Positions 23,734-37,120 of a stretch of DNA of 64,000 nucleotides are shown here, piece after piece. The notes under the pieces are model-generated. The model was given only the letters and a program-made list of their open reading frames with translations, searched no databases and had not been told where the DNA came from. A program made the position numbers and the translations under genes. The stretch lies in NCBI RefSeq assembly GCF_016433145.1, contig NC_058131.1, positions 604,607,714-604,671,713 of the forward strand, in the 5' to 3' direction. This DNA comes from Gracilinanus agilis (lineage: Eukaryota). Position 1 is the first letter of the stretch; each line of letters begins with the position of its first letter.

Positions 23734-26700
23734 GTATGTACCCCCCCCCTTTCTCTAGGTTTTGTTCGAAATGGAAATGATTTTTCATAAAATAACACTT
23801 CTTGGTTTTAGATGAAATACTGAGCACCATTCCATTGTTACTGCTTTGTAAAAAATTAGCCTTTCTGTAGGATTCATCTATGGAAAGTTTTCCTCCACAC
23901 CAACTGGTATGTCTATAAGGGGGAGTGGGGAGGAAGAAGGCCAGAATGCCAAGTCAGGTTGGCAGCTCCACTCTGGTGTCCCCCACTATCTGATGCGAAG
24001 GAACAAAGGAGGCTGGTAGTCATGGTTCCCTACCTTCTACTCTCTAATACTCTTTCAAAGCAGTTCCTATGCTGTCTTCCCCCACCTTCTACCCCTCCCA
24101 CCCCCGCATGCCCCACTAAATTGCTCATGCATTGGAATGAAGTCCTTCTCCCTGCTGTTCTGGCTGCAGTTACCCAGATTCCTCATCCTGCTGGGATGTT
24201 GGGATGGGGAGGTTGTGCTACTCAGAGAAGAACTGCTTTGGAGAATGGGGCTAAAACACAAGGGCACTCAGCTTGAAACCCATTTTTCCCAATTCTGTCG
24301 CTGGAATTCCTTCCTCCCGTGCTGGGCTTTTTAGGTCCTCTACAATTCTGTCTTTGGATGGGGTTTCTAATCTCTCTCTCTATTTTTTTTTTCTCTTTGT
24401 CCAAAAGGACTTCCTTCTGTTGTGGCTTCCCCCTTTCTCTCTTCTTTCCCATGATCTTCTTTTCTATTTCTGTTTCCCAGCATCCTCCTCTTTTCATATT
24501 CCTTTTCTCCCCAGAGCTTCCTTTCTGCTCCTTCCTCATTCTACATCCTTCCAATCCTTGAGAAACTGTGCATCTTAAAGGAAAGAGAGCTAGATTTAGA
24601 GCCTGGAGAATGAAATGAATGAATGAGTGAGTGAGCAGAAAAAAAAAAACATTTATTAATTGCTTAGTCTTTCTAGGCTAAAGATTGGATTTAAATTCTG
24701 CCTCAGGCACTTGACTATGGGCATGTCCTATAACTTCTTAGAATATCAGTTTTCTTGTCTGTAAAATGGAGATAATGATTGTACTAAATACCTCACTGAG
24801 CTAATGTGAAGAAAATAATTCTCAAATCTTATAGGGCTGATAAATGTACATTGTTTCTTTTTCCATTTCTGTCTTTTTTCTCAAGGTTCCTTCTTTTCTA
24901 TCCCTCCATGACACACAAGCATTTGTCTTTTGTGAGGGATAGCTGGATCACTCCCTGTCTTTATGTTATGCCACAAGAGGCAGGTCCTGGCATAAGGCAA
25001 AGACTTACCTATAAATCTACCATTCACCACCCATATGGCCTTGACTATGTCACTTATCCTTAGTTTCCTTATCTATGAAATAGAGATAGTAATACTTTTA
25101 TTTCCTAATCATGTCAAAAATCAAATGGAACAAAATAGGTAAAGCAATACACAGATAGGACTTCATCAATATACTACATATGTAGTACCTATATACCACA
25201 TACATATAAAATGTGTTACCTATATATCCTATCAATATATTTTATGTAGTACTTTGCCTCTATGCCACATATATAGTGCTTTACCTATATACCATATATA
25301 ATCATGTTATGTCTCATATATGTACATATATATGAATAAATGAAATGCTATTATAATATAAGCTATTATTATAATATAATACAAGCTATTATTATTATCT
25401 GTCTATCAGTGCCTATGTATCTTCTATGCTTGTATGTACATGGAGAAGGTCAGGGAAAGTTGTGATGGAGACAGGGGAAGTGGAGATAACCTAGTCAAGA
25501 GGCGCTTCCCTGTATTATCATGAAATTGTGTTTACTTGGTGCTTACCTATATGTGGTATTTTGTGCTCCAGAGTGAGCAATAGACAGAGGAATCCTTGTG
25601 GCTTCTTTTCAGATGTGGGTTATTTGAGGGGATGAAGCTGGTTTGCTCCTTTGGTGGTCAAACATAATCTGAGAGCCCACTTAACTCCATGTCCAGCAAC
25701 GTGGGAACCATTTGTGAGAAGTGACAACATCTATCTGATCTGCTAAAGAATGGGAATCTATGCTCTCCTGCTAATCAGGTTCCCCTCTGGCCATAAATCA
25801 GAGCTGACGTCCAAACGTTGACCCTTCCACATCCCTCTGATTCCCAACAGCTCATAAGGAGTGGGCTGCTCCGACCCCTTGCCATGGAGTAGAAGATCCA
25901 AGGCTACTGCTTCCATGAGGGCCTGTCCTGGGGGCCTGGGGGAAGTGGGAGAGGATAGAAGAATGTATTGGCCACTAGTAAATCCTACCAATTTCTGGCT
26001 CCTTCCCTTTCTTGATGTTCATTTTATAAGATCCCCAAGGGAAGGTATATGTAAGGACACCTCTCTGTATTCCTCAATATCTGGAAATGTTTTTTTTTAA
26101 GTATGATAACATTTCTATAAGGGTTGAATGGATGAAGAGTAGAAATCTTATTTCTAGAGTATAAAAATGGAATATGTTAACAGCAGTGAATGGTTCTCCA
26201 TATGACAGACTTATGATCAAGAAACTAATTCCTACACATAGAAGAGAAGGGCTATGGTGATCAAAATCATGCCATACACCAGGCATAGATGTGCTTGGTT
26301 TATTTCTAAAACTCATCTTTGCTTTTTAATTTTAGTTGGACTAGCTAATTTTCACAGAATGATCCTAGACTATTTTTAGTACTGTAGGTTAACATAAGAA
26401 TTAAACGAGTAAAAAAAGATACTGTTCCAACTTTTTGAACAAGATAACCCTAGAGAATAGACCATATGAACTCTCCAGAAAAATCAGATTTTTTTTCCTT
26501 TTTAAAAATAATTTTAGTTAACTACTTAATCTGGAGGTTATAATGTGGAATTAATACATTGTTAGAGATTTTCTAAGCATCTCCACATACATGATCACAT
26601 ACTTTTTCCCTCTTTCTCTACCATGTCAGGTCAAATAGTGAAGGAATGAACTAGATGAGAAACCCCTGGAAAAACAAAGACTTGCAAGTTATGGTTGATT

Positions 26701-27563
26701 CACTTAAAAGAATGAGCAATTTTTATGCCTTTAAGCCCTTTATAGAAACATTCTCTTAAAGGAAGCATATCTTCTTTCCTCTGCTTTTCTTTTTCTCCTT
26801 GGTCTCCCTTCCTTTTTTCTTTCTCTTTCTGTTTTCTTCTTTTCTCTTTCATTCCTCTTACTATCTCCTTTCTTCCATTCTTCACCTGAATTATCCCCCC
26901 TTTTTTTCATATTTGTTTGGATGTGTTTTAGGCATAATAACTATTCAGTAAATATTTATAAATTAATTATTTGAGTTGAGAAGAGTTTTTATAATCTGAC
27001 TTAGAGTGGCATATTCTGAAATGTTATTGACTTCCAAGTCACATTTTTCTTTCTAAAGCTCCTTGGAGAATAAGCCTGGGCATTACATTCTTCAGTACAC
27101 ACAATAGTACAAGTGTTTAGAGCCTAACAGAGTCCTTTAGACTTGGCTCAGCGAATTAAGTAGATTAGGTCACTCACTTTTCCCTAGTGTGCAGTAGAAG
27201 GCTAACTACCATTTGTTTATTTATTTAATTATTTTGGTGAGAGATAATAGAATGCATCTGTGGGTCTGTAAAGAGTTTAGGAGGTAGATTTTCAAAATCT
27301 TAGTTAAATTGTACCTGAGTGTATGTGCTGTATGCAGAGACTTCATTTGTCAGCATAATACCATAGGTAAAATCTGAATTAATCTGTGGGGGAAGAATAC
27401 AAAAGTGTTTGCAAAAGTAAAGAACGGGCATGAAAATAGTAAGGGCCACTGTTTTTGCATCTGCAGAAAGGGAAACTAGAGACCTTGTTGCAAAGCCTGG
27501 CTTGAGAACAGCTTGATGTTGATGAGAATAGATACCTCCATTTTTTTGTGTGTCTCCCTAAAT

Positions 27564-28016
27564 CAGAGGTTCTTAACTGTGAGAGAGACAATGAGAGAGA
27601 GACAGAGACAGAGACACACTCTTTTATCAGTCTGATATAGTCTATGGATCTTTTCTCAGAATACTTTAAATGGTTGAATAAAATACTAAAATTCAGTTAA
27701 GGTTTAGTGAAAACAAATATTTAATGGCAGCAAGGTAGTCCAAAGGATACAGTACCAGGCCTGGAGTAGAGAGGACCTACATTAGAATTTTACCTCAGAT
27801 ACATCTTAGCTGTGTGACCCTGGCAAAGTCACTTAACCTTAATTGACTAAGTCTTGCTATTCTTCTGTCTTAGAATTGATACTAAGACAGAAAGTAAGGT
27901 TGTAGGGATTTTTTTTAAGGAAAAGGGGGAAAAAAGAAAAAAGGAATTTTTTCTATCCAAGTTCATAACCCCCTGAAATCTAGGACCAAGTCATTGGACC
28001 TCAAGTTACAGACCCT
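27564..28016. mobile_element. Old hAT-Charlie-like non-autonomous DNA transposon, interrupted by a SINE (~27724-27925, +)
   Basis: Left end CAGAGGTTCTTAAC, internal cagtctgatatagtctatggatcttttctcagaata, degenerate right end gttacagaccct. No TSD recoverable. Confidence 0.55.
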
Positions 28017-29684
28017 TACCATTCTGTTTAAATTCTAATGACAATTGCAGCTATTATTGTTGTGTTAACTTCTTTTATTACTGTGAATAACTGGTTGCCA
28101 ATATTGCCTTGATGATCATTATTTATTGTAATAATAGCTAGATATTTATATTTAATTATAGAAGACCCTCTTTCAGAAAAACTTATTAGACAAAAACTAA
28201 TCAAAGAAATTAGAGATTTTTTTGCATGGCAAAAAGGTTCTCTGTAAGGTTTCTGTAAATAGGAGCCTGGAGGAAGTGTGTGGTACTCATAATTCTGACT
28301 TTGGAGACATGTTTATATTCACCACTTTCCAAAAGAACCACATGACCACCATGTGCCCTGGAAGTCCAAGGTAATGGAATATTCAAATATAGAAATTTGG
28401 GGCTAAAAAAGTTGCAGGTAGGTCACATGTAAAAGTTCCATCTACCATTTAAAGGAAATGCCTAATTATCTTGGCCCATTATAAGTGTTTAATAAATGTT
28501 TTTTCATTCATTCAAAATATATTTTGATTCACCAAAATAAACAAAGTTTTCTAGAATTAATCTCTTTTATTTTAAGCAGGGTATCTATTTTGTATAGACC
28601 TATTTTTATGTATATATTGCCTTCTCTAATAGACTATAAGCTCCTTGAAGGCAAGACCTGCTTCACTTTCATCTTTTTATCCCCAGCACCTAGCACAGAG
28701 CCTGGCACAATGAAGGTGATTTATATTGATTGATCTAAATAACTTCCAAAGTGGGTGATTCCCATATAATTGAAGAGGTGTTCTTTTAAGGGTGGCTTAG
28801 ACAAAATTTGTTTACAAAAGTTGGTATCTTAAATGGTTTTCCCTTTCTGTTGTTCAGTGAAAGCCATTTCAAAGTTTGCTTCTGCCTGTAGTGGGCAGTT
28901 CTCACATGTGAACAATGTCATCTTTGAGCCGGTGGACTCAACTTTGCTAATAGTAGGTTTGGTATAGAAATAACTATGTACCCAAATGTTCACCAAGTAC
29001 CTTGCAAGGAGAGAGGGAGGATGGGGAAGAAAGTACCTTAGTTACTTTCAGTCATGGTCATCCAAAAGAAACTTCCTGGAAAAACAGAACATTTAATGTT
29101 TACTATTGGTGTAGAGGTGCTGAGGATAAGCTCTTCATCTCCTCACTATTTTTTTTCTTGTCAATTCTGATCACCTTCCAAAGCCTGGAGGGAAAAAAAA
29201 AAGGAAAAAGGCAATACTTATTTAACCTGTTAGCTGAGCTACTTTTTAAACAAGCCCATCTATCCGGTGTCTTGTGGTCAACTCAGATTTTTATGAAGAC
29301 AGGTCATGGGGTTATTTTCTCAGTATTCAACATTTCAGTATTTTTCCATTTCTACAACCTAGCTGCTTCATAACCCATTAACTGCTGTGTGGCCCTCATT
29401 TCTAGAGCTACTTTAGGACAGCGACCTGATGTCAACTCAGCCTCTCTCCCCTGCTACTGCCCCAGTCTCAAGGCTAGTTCTTATTCTACAGTTACAGTTC
29501 CAAAGAAATATATTGGCTTTTTTGTAGTAGTAGGATCTCAAAATTGTTTGTTATTTTTTTCTCAAAATTTCCCCCTACATAATGAGTTTTGTTGTCTCAA
29601 ACAATCAACAAATGTTAGAAGTATTGAATGCTTGCTATAAGCCGAGCAATATTTCCCAGTAATGGGAAATATTTTTTTTAATGA

Positions 29685-30005
29685 GGGACAGCTAGGTGGT
29701 TCAGTAGATAGATTGCAAGCCTAGACTGTGGAGGATCTGGGTTCAAATATGACTGCAGACACTTCCTAGCTGTGTAGCCCTGGGCAAGTCACTTAACCTC
29801 AGTTGCCTCACCCTTATCACTTCTTTTTTTTTTTTTTTTTTTTTAAGGCAATGGGGATCAAGTGACTTGCCCAGGATTATAGGGCTGGGAAGTGTCTGAG
29901 GCCAGATTTGAACCTAGGACCTCCAGTCTTTAGGCCTGGCCCTCAATCCATTGCCCCCACCCTTATCACTTCTGCCTTAGAACAAATATTTTGTATTGAT
30001 TCTGA
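29685..30005 (+). mobile_element. SINE1_Mdo-like SINE split by a nested SINE
   Basis: Head gggacagctaggtggttcagtag. Tail resumes as tgccttagaac...gtattgattctg after the insertion. Confidence 0.85.
29824..29957 (-). mobile_element. Short poly(A)-tailed SINE nested in opposite orientation
   Basis: T-run plus aaggcaatgggg...ggcctggccctcaatccattgcccc. Perfect 15-bp TSD CACCCTTATCACTTC at 29809-29823 and 29958-29972. Confidence 0.9.
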
Positions 30006-31702
30006 AGAGAGACAGAGACAGAGACAGAGAGAGAAACAGAGAGAACACAAAAGAAGGCAGGAAAAGAAGGAGGAAGAAAATGGGACCAGGGGATACTCAA
30101 CCTGAAGAAATCTTGTTCTGTGGAGTTGAAACCAAGTAAAGAAGCAGAGTGCAAAGTGGAATGAACTGAGTTCAGTTTCTACCCTCTATAAAAGTAGGCA
30201 TGGGGAGGAATTTGGTGACATACCCTCCAGTCCTCCAAGAGGAGAGGAAAGTGATATGAATCAAGGCTTGAATAAGCTTATTGGTGGTGATTTTAGAAGT
30301 GATTTCCTGGGAGGTTTATATTGTTTCCTGGAGCTGAAGCCATGCAGGGCAGCAGATGCAAAGCATAGAATCTCATGAGTAACAAAGATTGGGGAAGATG
30401 AAAGATATTGGCAATGGATTGGATCCCCTGTGGAAAATCAGAAGACACTTTGGATTTTATGTGTAAAATATGAAGACAATTTAGTGCTAAATTATGTGGT
30501 ACTTTTAAAACTCATTTCTTCAGGGCTTTATAGTTAGGAAAGCAAACTAACATATTGTTCCATTTTATCCTTCCAGTAATCCTGTACAATAAAGAAACTG
30601 AGCCTCAGAGATGAAATGACTTGGTCAGAGTTACCCAGCTCATAAATGATCATTGTCTTCCAATCCTGTTCTTCTAAGATATCTGGGCTTGAATTCAAAT
30701 CCTGCATCAGACATTTACTGGATTTTTGACCATCAGTATGTCATTTCACTTCTCAGTGTCCATTTCCTCATTTCTAAAGAGGACATAATAATAATTGTAC
30801 ACCAACCCTACACTGTCTAAATGTGGGTGGTTATTATTAATATTATGCCTAACTTGACACTGTTAGTACAACCAAAAATTAGTGAAAGGAGAAATTCTAT
30901 AAAAGACTTTAAAGCAGAAGGAGAAGGTGGACTTCAAAGAAGAACTTGGAAATAAATAAATGGAAAGGGAGAGGAAGAAACCTCCTGGTAAGCAGAGTAA
31001 CATAAGCAAAAGTAAGGATAATAAATAATAATAATTTATCTCAGTTGATCCTCACAACAACCCTGAGATACAGGTGCTATTATTATCCCCTTTTTACAAT
31101 TGAGTAACCTGACAAACAGAAGTTAAGGGAATTGTCCAAGGTCACATAGCTAGTAAGTATCTGAAGCCAGGGTGTGCTTGACTCCGGGCTCAGCACTCTA
31201 CCTAACTGACTACTTGGAAGCAGGAAGAAGCAAAATTCACAAGGAAAGATTGATGGAACTTGCCTGGTCAAAATGAAGACTGCAGTTTGGAGAGTAATAG
31301 GGAAATAAGGTGGAATTAGATAATGCAGACCTAGATTACGAAGGCTCTTTAGCCCCAGTCATGTTGGCATATGCATGGCGAAGATGCATAGAGGTTCAGA
31401 ACAGACCAGACTTAGACTTGGAGAGGCCAATCAAGAAGGAAAGATCTGGGAGCTATTGTGTTTCTAGGCAGTTAGGCATGAGTTCATAGAGCCAGGGAAA
31501 TAATAAGAACAGTGCTAGTAAGATCAACCCCCGGTTTCACCTTATTTTATATTGGTTTCTAAATGTGGAAGTCCCAGGACCTAAAGATACTGATTGTAGC
31601 TAAGATGTCAGAGGTCTAAAAAGAGATCTTACCTCAACTGTGACAAGGATAGAAAGGCTGGAATCATCCTATAACATTTCTCATGTAAGAAAGTATACCA
31701 AT

Positions 31703-31905
31703 GGAGGCACCTAGGTGGCTCAGTGGATTGAGAGCCAAGCCTAGAGACAAGAAGTCCTAGGTTCAAATCTGGCCTCAGACACTTCATAGCTGTGTGACCC
31801 TGGGCAAGTTACTTAGCCCCCATTGCCTAGTCTTTACCACTCTTCTGCCTTGGAACCAAAATATAGTATTAATTCTAAGGTAGAAGGTAAGGTTGTTTTT
31901 GTTTG
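31703..31905 (+). mobile_element. SINE1_Mdo-like SINE with (GTTT)n tail
   Basis: ctaggtggctcagtggattgagagccaagcctagagac...tctgccttggaacc...gaaggtaagg. Confidence 0.9.
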
Positions 31906-32854
31906 TTTGTTTGTTTTTTAGAGTGTACTAACCCTCATTATTATGAAGATTCAGAAAAAAAATTCTTGGTGCCAAAGTTCTTGGCAGTGGCAAATGGATC
32001 AATATCAGAAATTGATATTTTTATCAGTAGAAATAACATAAAAGAAGAGGCATCATTTACTTTATTCCTACACCCTAAGGACATGGGGCTTTTTCTATCT
32101 GACCTTCTATGTGTTGTCTTCTCCATTTGAATATAAACTTCTTGAGAGCAAAGACTATTCCTACTATTTCCATTTGTATCACCATTATTCAGCCCAGTGC
32201 TTCACCTATAGTAAGTGTTTAATAAATAGATTATTCATTCATTCATTATATTAGATCAACTATAGGGCAAGTCCCGGATTTTTTTATGATTGAATAATGG
32301 AGATGTCCTCACATCTACTTGGAATTAGTATCCCACATAGTTACCAAAGAGGGAGAATGAAATAACCCAATCCATGGTAATGATTATTTCAATGCAGCTT
32401 AAAGAGGGAAACATGGAACCTCAGAAACACTGAAAAGCAAGTTCCATAGAAGACCTTTCAGGGATCTTCTACCTCTTAGATGCCATGATTCTAAAACATG
32501 AGACCCATAGGACTTTGTTTTGAGGTGGGTTTATGGAGATGTGGTATTGACTGCTGAAGCATTTCTGCTATTCTAGGGTCAATCAAACTGCATAGTCAGT
32601 AATAGAGCTTTGAAAAGTATCTTAGACCTAGGTTTAAGAAAATATATCAGTTGGTAAACAGCCACTTTGAGAATACTCATTCTTCAGTGTTGCACATTTT
32701 TGCCTCAGTCTATTCTGGCTAGACAGGTTCATGATGTCCTTAGCTGGGGCCAAGAGAGAAGCTTTTAAAATACTGTCACAATGGAGCCCTTATAAGACTG
32801 AGAGTCTAGCTAAGTAGGAGGAATGGTCAAGCGATGGTCAAGATATTTCTAGGA

Positions 32855-34680
32855 CAATCAGATAAAACATGAAAGAAGGGCCAGCAGTACCAGATCTTGA
32901 GCTGTATTACAAAGTGGTATTCATCAAAACAATCTGGACTTGGCAAAGAAATAGAGTGGTGGATTAGTGGAGTAGATTAGGTACATAATCCCTAGTAATA
33001 AATGACTATAGTAATTTTATGTTTAATAAGTCAAAAGATCCAATTTGGGACAAGAACTTACTATTTGACCAAAACTGTTAGAAAAATTGGGAAATGATAT
33101 GTCAGAGACTGTGGACTGACCAATATCTCACATTATATAGCAAAACATGTATAAATGATTTAGACATAAAGAGTGATACCATAAACAAATTAGGGGACCA
33201 TAGAATAGTTTACCTGTCAGATCTATGGATAAGAGAAGATTTTAGGGCCAAACAAGAAATAGAAAGCATGTAGGATATAAAATGGATAATTTTAATTAGA
33301 TTAAATTAAAGTACAAACAATATCAATGTAACCAAGATTAGAGGGAAAGCAAGAAGTGGGGGAAATTTTTTTACAGCAAGTTTCTCTGATAAAGGTCTTT
33401 TTTCTCAAATACATAGAAAACTAAATCAAATTTATAAAAAATATGTTATTCCCTAATTGATACATGGTCAAAGAATGTGAATAGGCATTTTTAGATGAAA
33501 AAATTAAAACACTAGGTATAGGTATATTTAAAAAGTACTCCAAATCACAGTTGATTAGAAAAATGCAAATTAAAACAACTCTCAAGATACTACCTCACAC
33601 CTATTCGATTGGCTAAATTGTTAAAGGATATGAATAGGTAGTTTTCAGAGGAAGAGATCAAAGTCATCTATAATCATATAAAAAATGCTCTACTCATTCT
33701 TCATTACAGAAATAGACATTAAAACAATTCTGAGGTACTGCTTCACACCTATCAGATTGGCCAATCTGACAGAAAAAGAAATGAAATGTTGGAGGGGAGT
33801 AGGAAAATTGGGACACTAATGAACTCTTGGTGGAGTTTTGATTTGATTTAACCATGCAGCAGAATAATTTGGAACTATGCCCAAAGGCTCTATAACTGCA
33901 TACCTTTGATCCCACAATGCCACTACAAGACCTGTATCCTAAAGAGATTTTTAAAAGGCAGAGTGGAGAGAATCTATTTGCACAAAAATATTTATTGCAG
34001 ATCTTTTTGTGGTAGCAAAGGATTGAAAATTGAAGGGTTGTCCACCAGTTGGGAATGGCTGAACAAGTTCTGATTTATGATTGTAATGGAATACAATTCT
34101 GCTAGAGAATTGTTGAGTAGGATGATTTCAAAATAAATCTGGAAAGACTTACATGACTTAATGTAAAGTGAAATGAGCAGAACTAGAAGAACATTGTACA
34201 CAGTGACAGCAATATTACTCATGAACAACTCTGAAGGACCCAAGACAATCCCAGAAACTCATGACAAAAAATGACATTTGCCCCCAGAGAAATAACTGAT
34301 GGAGTCTAAATGCAGAACAAAGCATAGTATATTTCTCTTTCTTCCTTTCTTTTTTCTTCCTTTTTCTTTCTCTCCTGTTCCTCCTTCTGTACCTTCTCCT
34401 GCTTCTCCCCTTCTCCCCCAGTTTCTCCCTTTCTCCTCCTCTCCCTCCTTCTTCTCCTCTTTCTGTCTCATTTGAGATCTCTTCCCCTAAATAACTAAAG
34501 TGGAAAAATGTTTTAGATGATTGCATATTGTAAAATCTGTATGAGATTTCTTAATGTCTCAGGGAAGAAAGAGAAAACGGGAAAAAAGAAAGAATTTGGA
34601 ACTCAAAATTTTAAAAAATGAATGTTAAAAAATTGTTTTTACATCTAATTGGAGGGGAGAATAAAATATTTTTAAAAGAG
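32855..34680 (+). mobile_element. Older 5'-truncated L1 (decayed ORF2 3' part plus 3' UTR)
   Basis: gcagtaccagatcttgagctgtattacaaag (PDLxLYYK motif), aaatgcaaattaaaacaactct, cctttgatcccacaatgccactac, and the L1 3' end ttaaaaatgaatgttaaaaaattgtttttacat. Confidence 0.88.
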
Positions 34681-35504
34681 TAGACAAGTAGCATAAGAGA
34701 CTAAGTAAGTATAAGGTCAATTCCCAGAAAGTAAATCAAAGCAAATAAACCCACGTGGTCAATAAGAAACCAAGAGAACTAACTGTAGAATGGAATGAGG
34801 TTTATGATAACAAGGGAATGGATGGATGAATGAAGTAATGAAAATACACTTGTTGTTTACCATGTGCTAGAGTGCAAATGATATTGAGGGAGAAGTATTT
34901 TGGTTTGGAAAGTTACAATAGGATGGTTAAGTGGAGCCATTACAGAAGTGATTAACATGTCTTTCTAGCACAAAGGTAGGGTCCAAGGATGTGGCTGACA
35001 AAATATCAGAAGATGGCTAGGATGTAAATCAAAACATGACCTGGAACACTTAGAATAGTGGACCATGTGAGGCACTTGCCTGTCAAGACAGTGTGGACCT
35101 CAGGATAGTAGTTCCAGCCTGAAAGGGTTATCCCCCATCCCTCTGTGGAACTGTCTGTCCAGAGAGTTCAGTGACAGAATAGATGGCAAAAAGATGGTCA
35201 GAGTTTGAAGGACACCAGTTTTGCAAGACAACACTAAGATGGCTACATGGTTTTCAAAGATCCTTATACATAATCATAGGCTTTTGCATCAGCTACAAGA
35301 CATTCACCTCCTCTCCTTGTCTTCTGCCTTTCTGCCTTTAAACCAGCAAACACTGGGTTTGGATTTAGAGGGCCATGATTTAAAGTCTAATTGGAAAAAC
35401 CACTCCATCTCTTCAGGCCTCTGTTTCTTCTTCATCTTTAAAATGAGAAAGTGTGTTAGATGATCTCTTAAGTCCCTTACAGCTTTAAACAACATCTGTT
35501 GTTT

Positions 35505-35685
35505 GTTTATTTTTTTAACCCTTACTTTCTGTTCTAGTAATAACTCTAAGATAGAAAGGTAGGCAAATGGGGCTAAGTGGCTTGCCCAGGGTCACACAGC
35601 TAGAAAGTGTCTGAGGCCAGATTTAAATTCAGATCCTCCTCAATCCAAGACTGGTGCTGTATCTACTGTGTCCCCTAGCTACCCC
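35505..35685 (-). mobile_element. SINE1_Mdo-like SINE, older tail type
   Basis: ttttaacccttactttctgttctagtaataactctaagatagaa...gtgtccccctagctacccc. Confidence 0.85.
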
Positions 35686-36837
35686 ATGTCATCTCTTTGT
35701 AAACTATTTTAAAATACCTTATGTTGTATATGTTTGATTTAAGTGACACTAGAATCTTATTGACAAACAGTAAGTTATAAATTCTAAATAAACTGTGTCA
35801 AACATATCTTAGTCTATTCCTGATTCTATATTAAGACTGGAGTAAAAAACATTTTCATTCTCATTGAACTTCTCTGGCATTCCGAGTTTACTGAGATCTG
35901 TCCATGGTTCTGAGACCACTAGTCATCTTGGCATCAAAATTCTTTGCATTTCCTTTCATAAAAGGATGGCCTTGCCTTTCAGTCTGGCTCCTTTGAATTT
36001 TTCTTTTCCTGACTTAAAATCCTTGTATCAAGCCTAAAACAGAAGAGCAGCAAGGACTAGGCAATTGGAGTTGTGACCTACCCAGAAGGGCCCTACAGGA
36101 AAGAAGCATCTGAGATCAGATTGAACCCAGGTCCTCCCATTTCCATATCTGGCATTCTATCCATTTTACTGCCTACCTGTCCCTCCACTGGACTTCCTGA
36201 TTCAACCCTTGAACTTGTCCACAGCTCAATCTTGATTTCAATGGGTGTTTAAAAAAACCCTATTCGATAGTTTACTTTGTAGCTGAGCCATTTCCCAGAA
36301 AGGCCTTAGATTGTATCAGCTCCCTATAGTCTTATATCATTTTCATTCTATAGGCAGAATAAGAAATCATTTGTGTCCACGTATCACCTACATTTGACAA
36401 TGTAACTTCCAATCATTACTATCCTTTTCTCCACATGAGAGCTATTTTTTGAGCAGCTTTCAAAAAAAAAACAAAAACAAAAATGAGTGTTCTTTTTTTT
36501 TCATTTTACTAGTATTTAACTACATGAAATAAAGCCATGCACTAGTATCTAGTCCACAAGTCACTCTAAATAGAATTAAAGCATTATATTAACATCAAAG
36601 CATAGATCTATTTGTCTGACCCGAAGGCCTTAACCAAAAAGGAAACAAGGTTAATTTAAATGACTAATTCCTATCCCATGTTGGGTCCTCGTGATCATTT
36701 CATTCTTTTCTAAATATTCTCAGCTTCTCATTCAGTAGTATGTTATAGTAATTTGGAGATTAAATATAAACTTGCAATTCTGAGGTTCTGCCCTTTTCTT
36801 CTTTTTTAGTAATCAGAATAATATTTTCCCATTCCCA

Positions 36838-37120
36838 AAGGCAGCTCATGGCTCAGTGAATGAAGTGTTGGCCCTGGAGTCAGGAAGGCCTGAGTTTAAA
36901 TACGTAGACACTTCTGGTTGTATGATCCTGGGCAAATCATTTAATCTCTACCTGCTTCCTCATCTGGAAAATGCTAAATAATAATAATTGCTTTTATTAT
37001 TATTATAATGACACCTTCCTAGAGGGTTGTTGTGAGAATCAAATGAGATAATCTTTGTAAAAACAACACAGTGCCTGACACATAGTAGGCACTATATGAA
37101 TGCTGATTCCATTCCCCTCC
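36838..37120 (+). mobile_element. MIR, near full length
   Basis: ggcagctcatggctcagtg...ggagtcaggaaggcctgag...agtgcctgacacatagtaggcactatatgaatgct. Confidence 0.85.
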
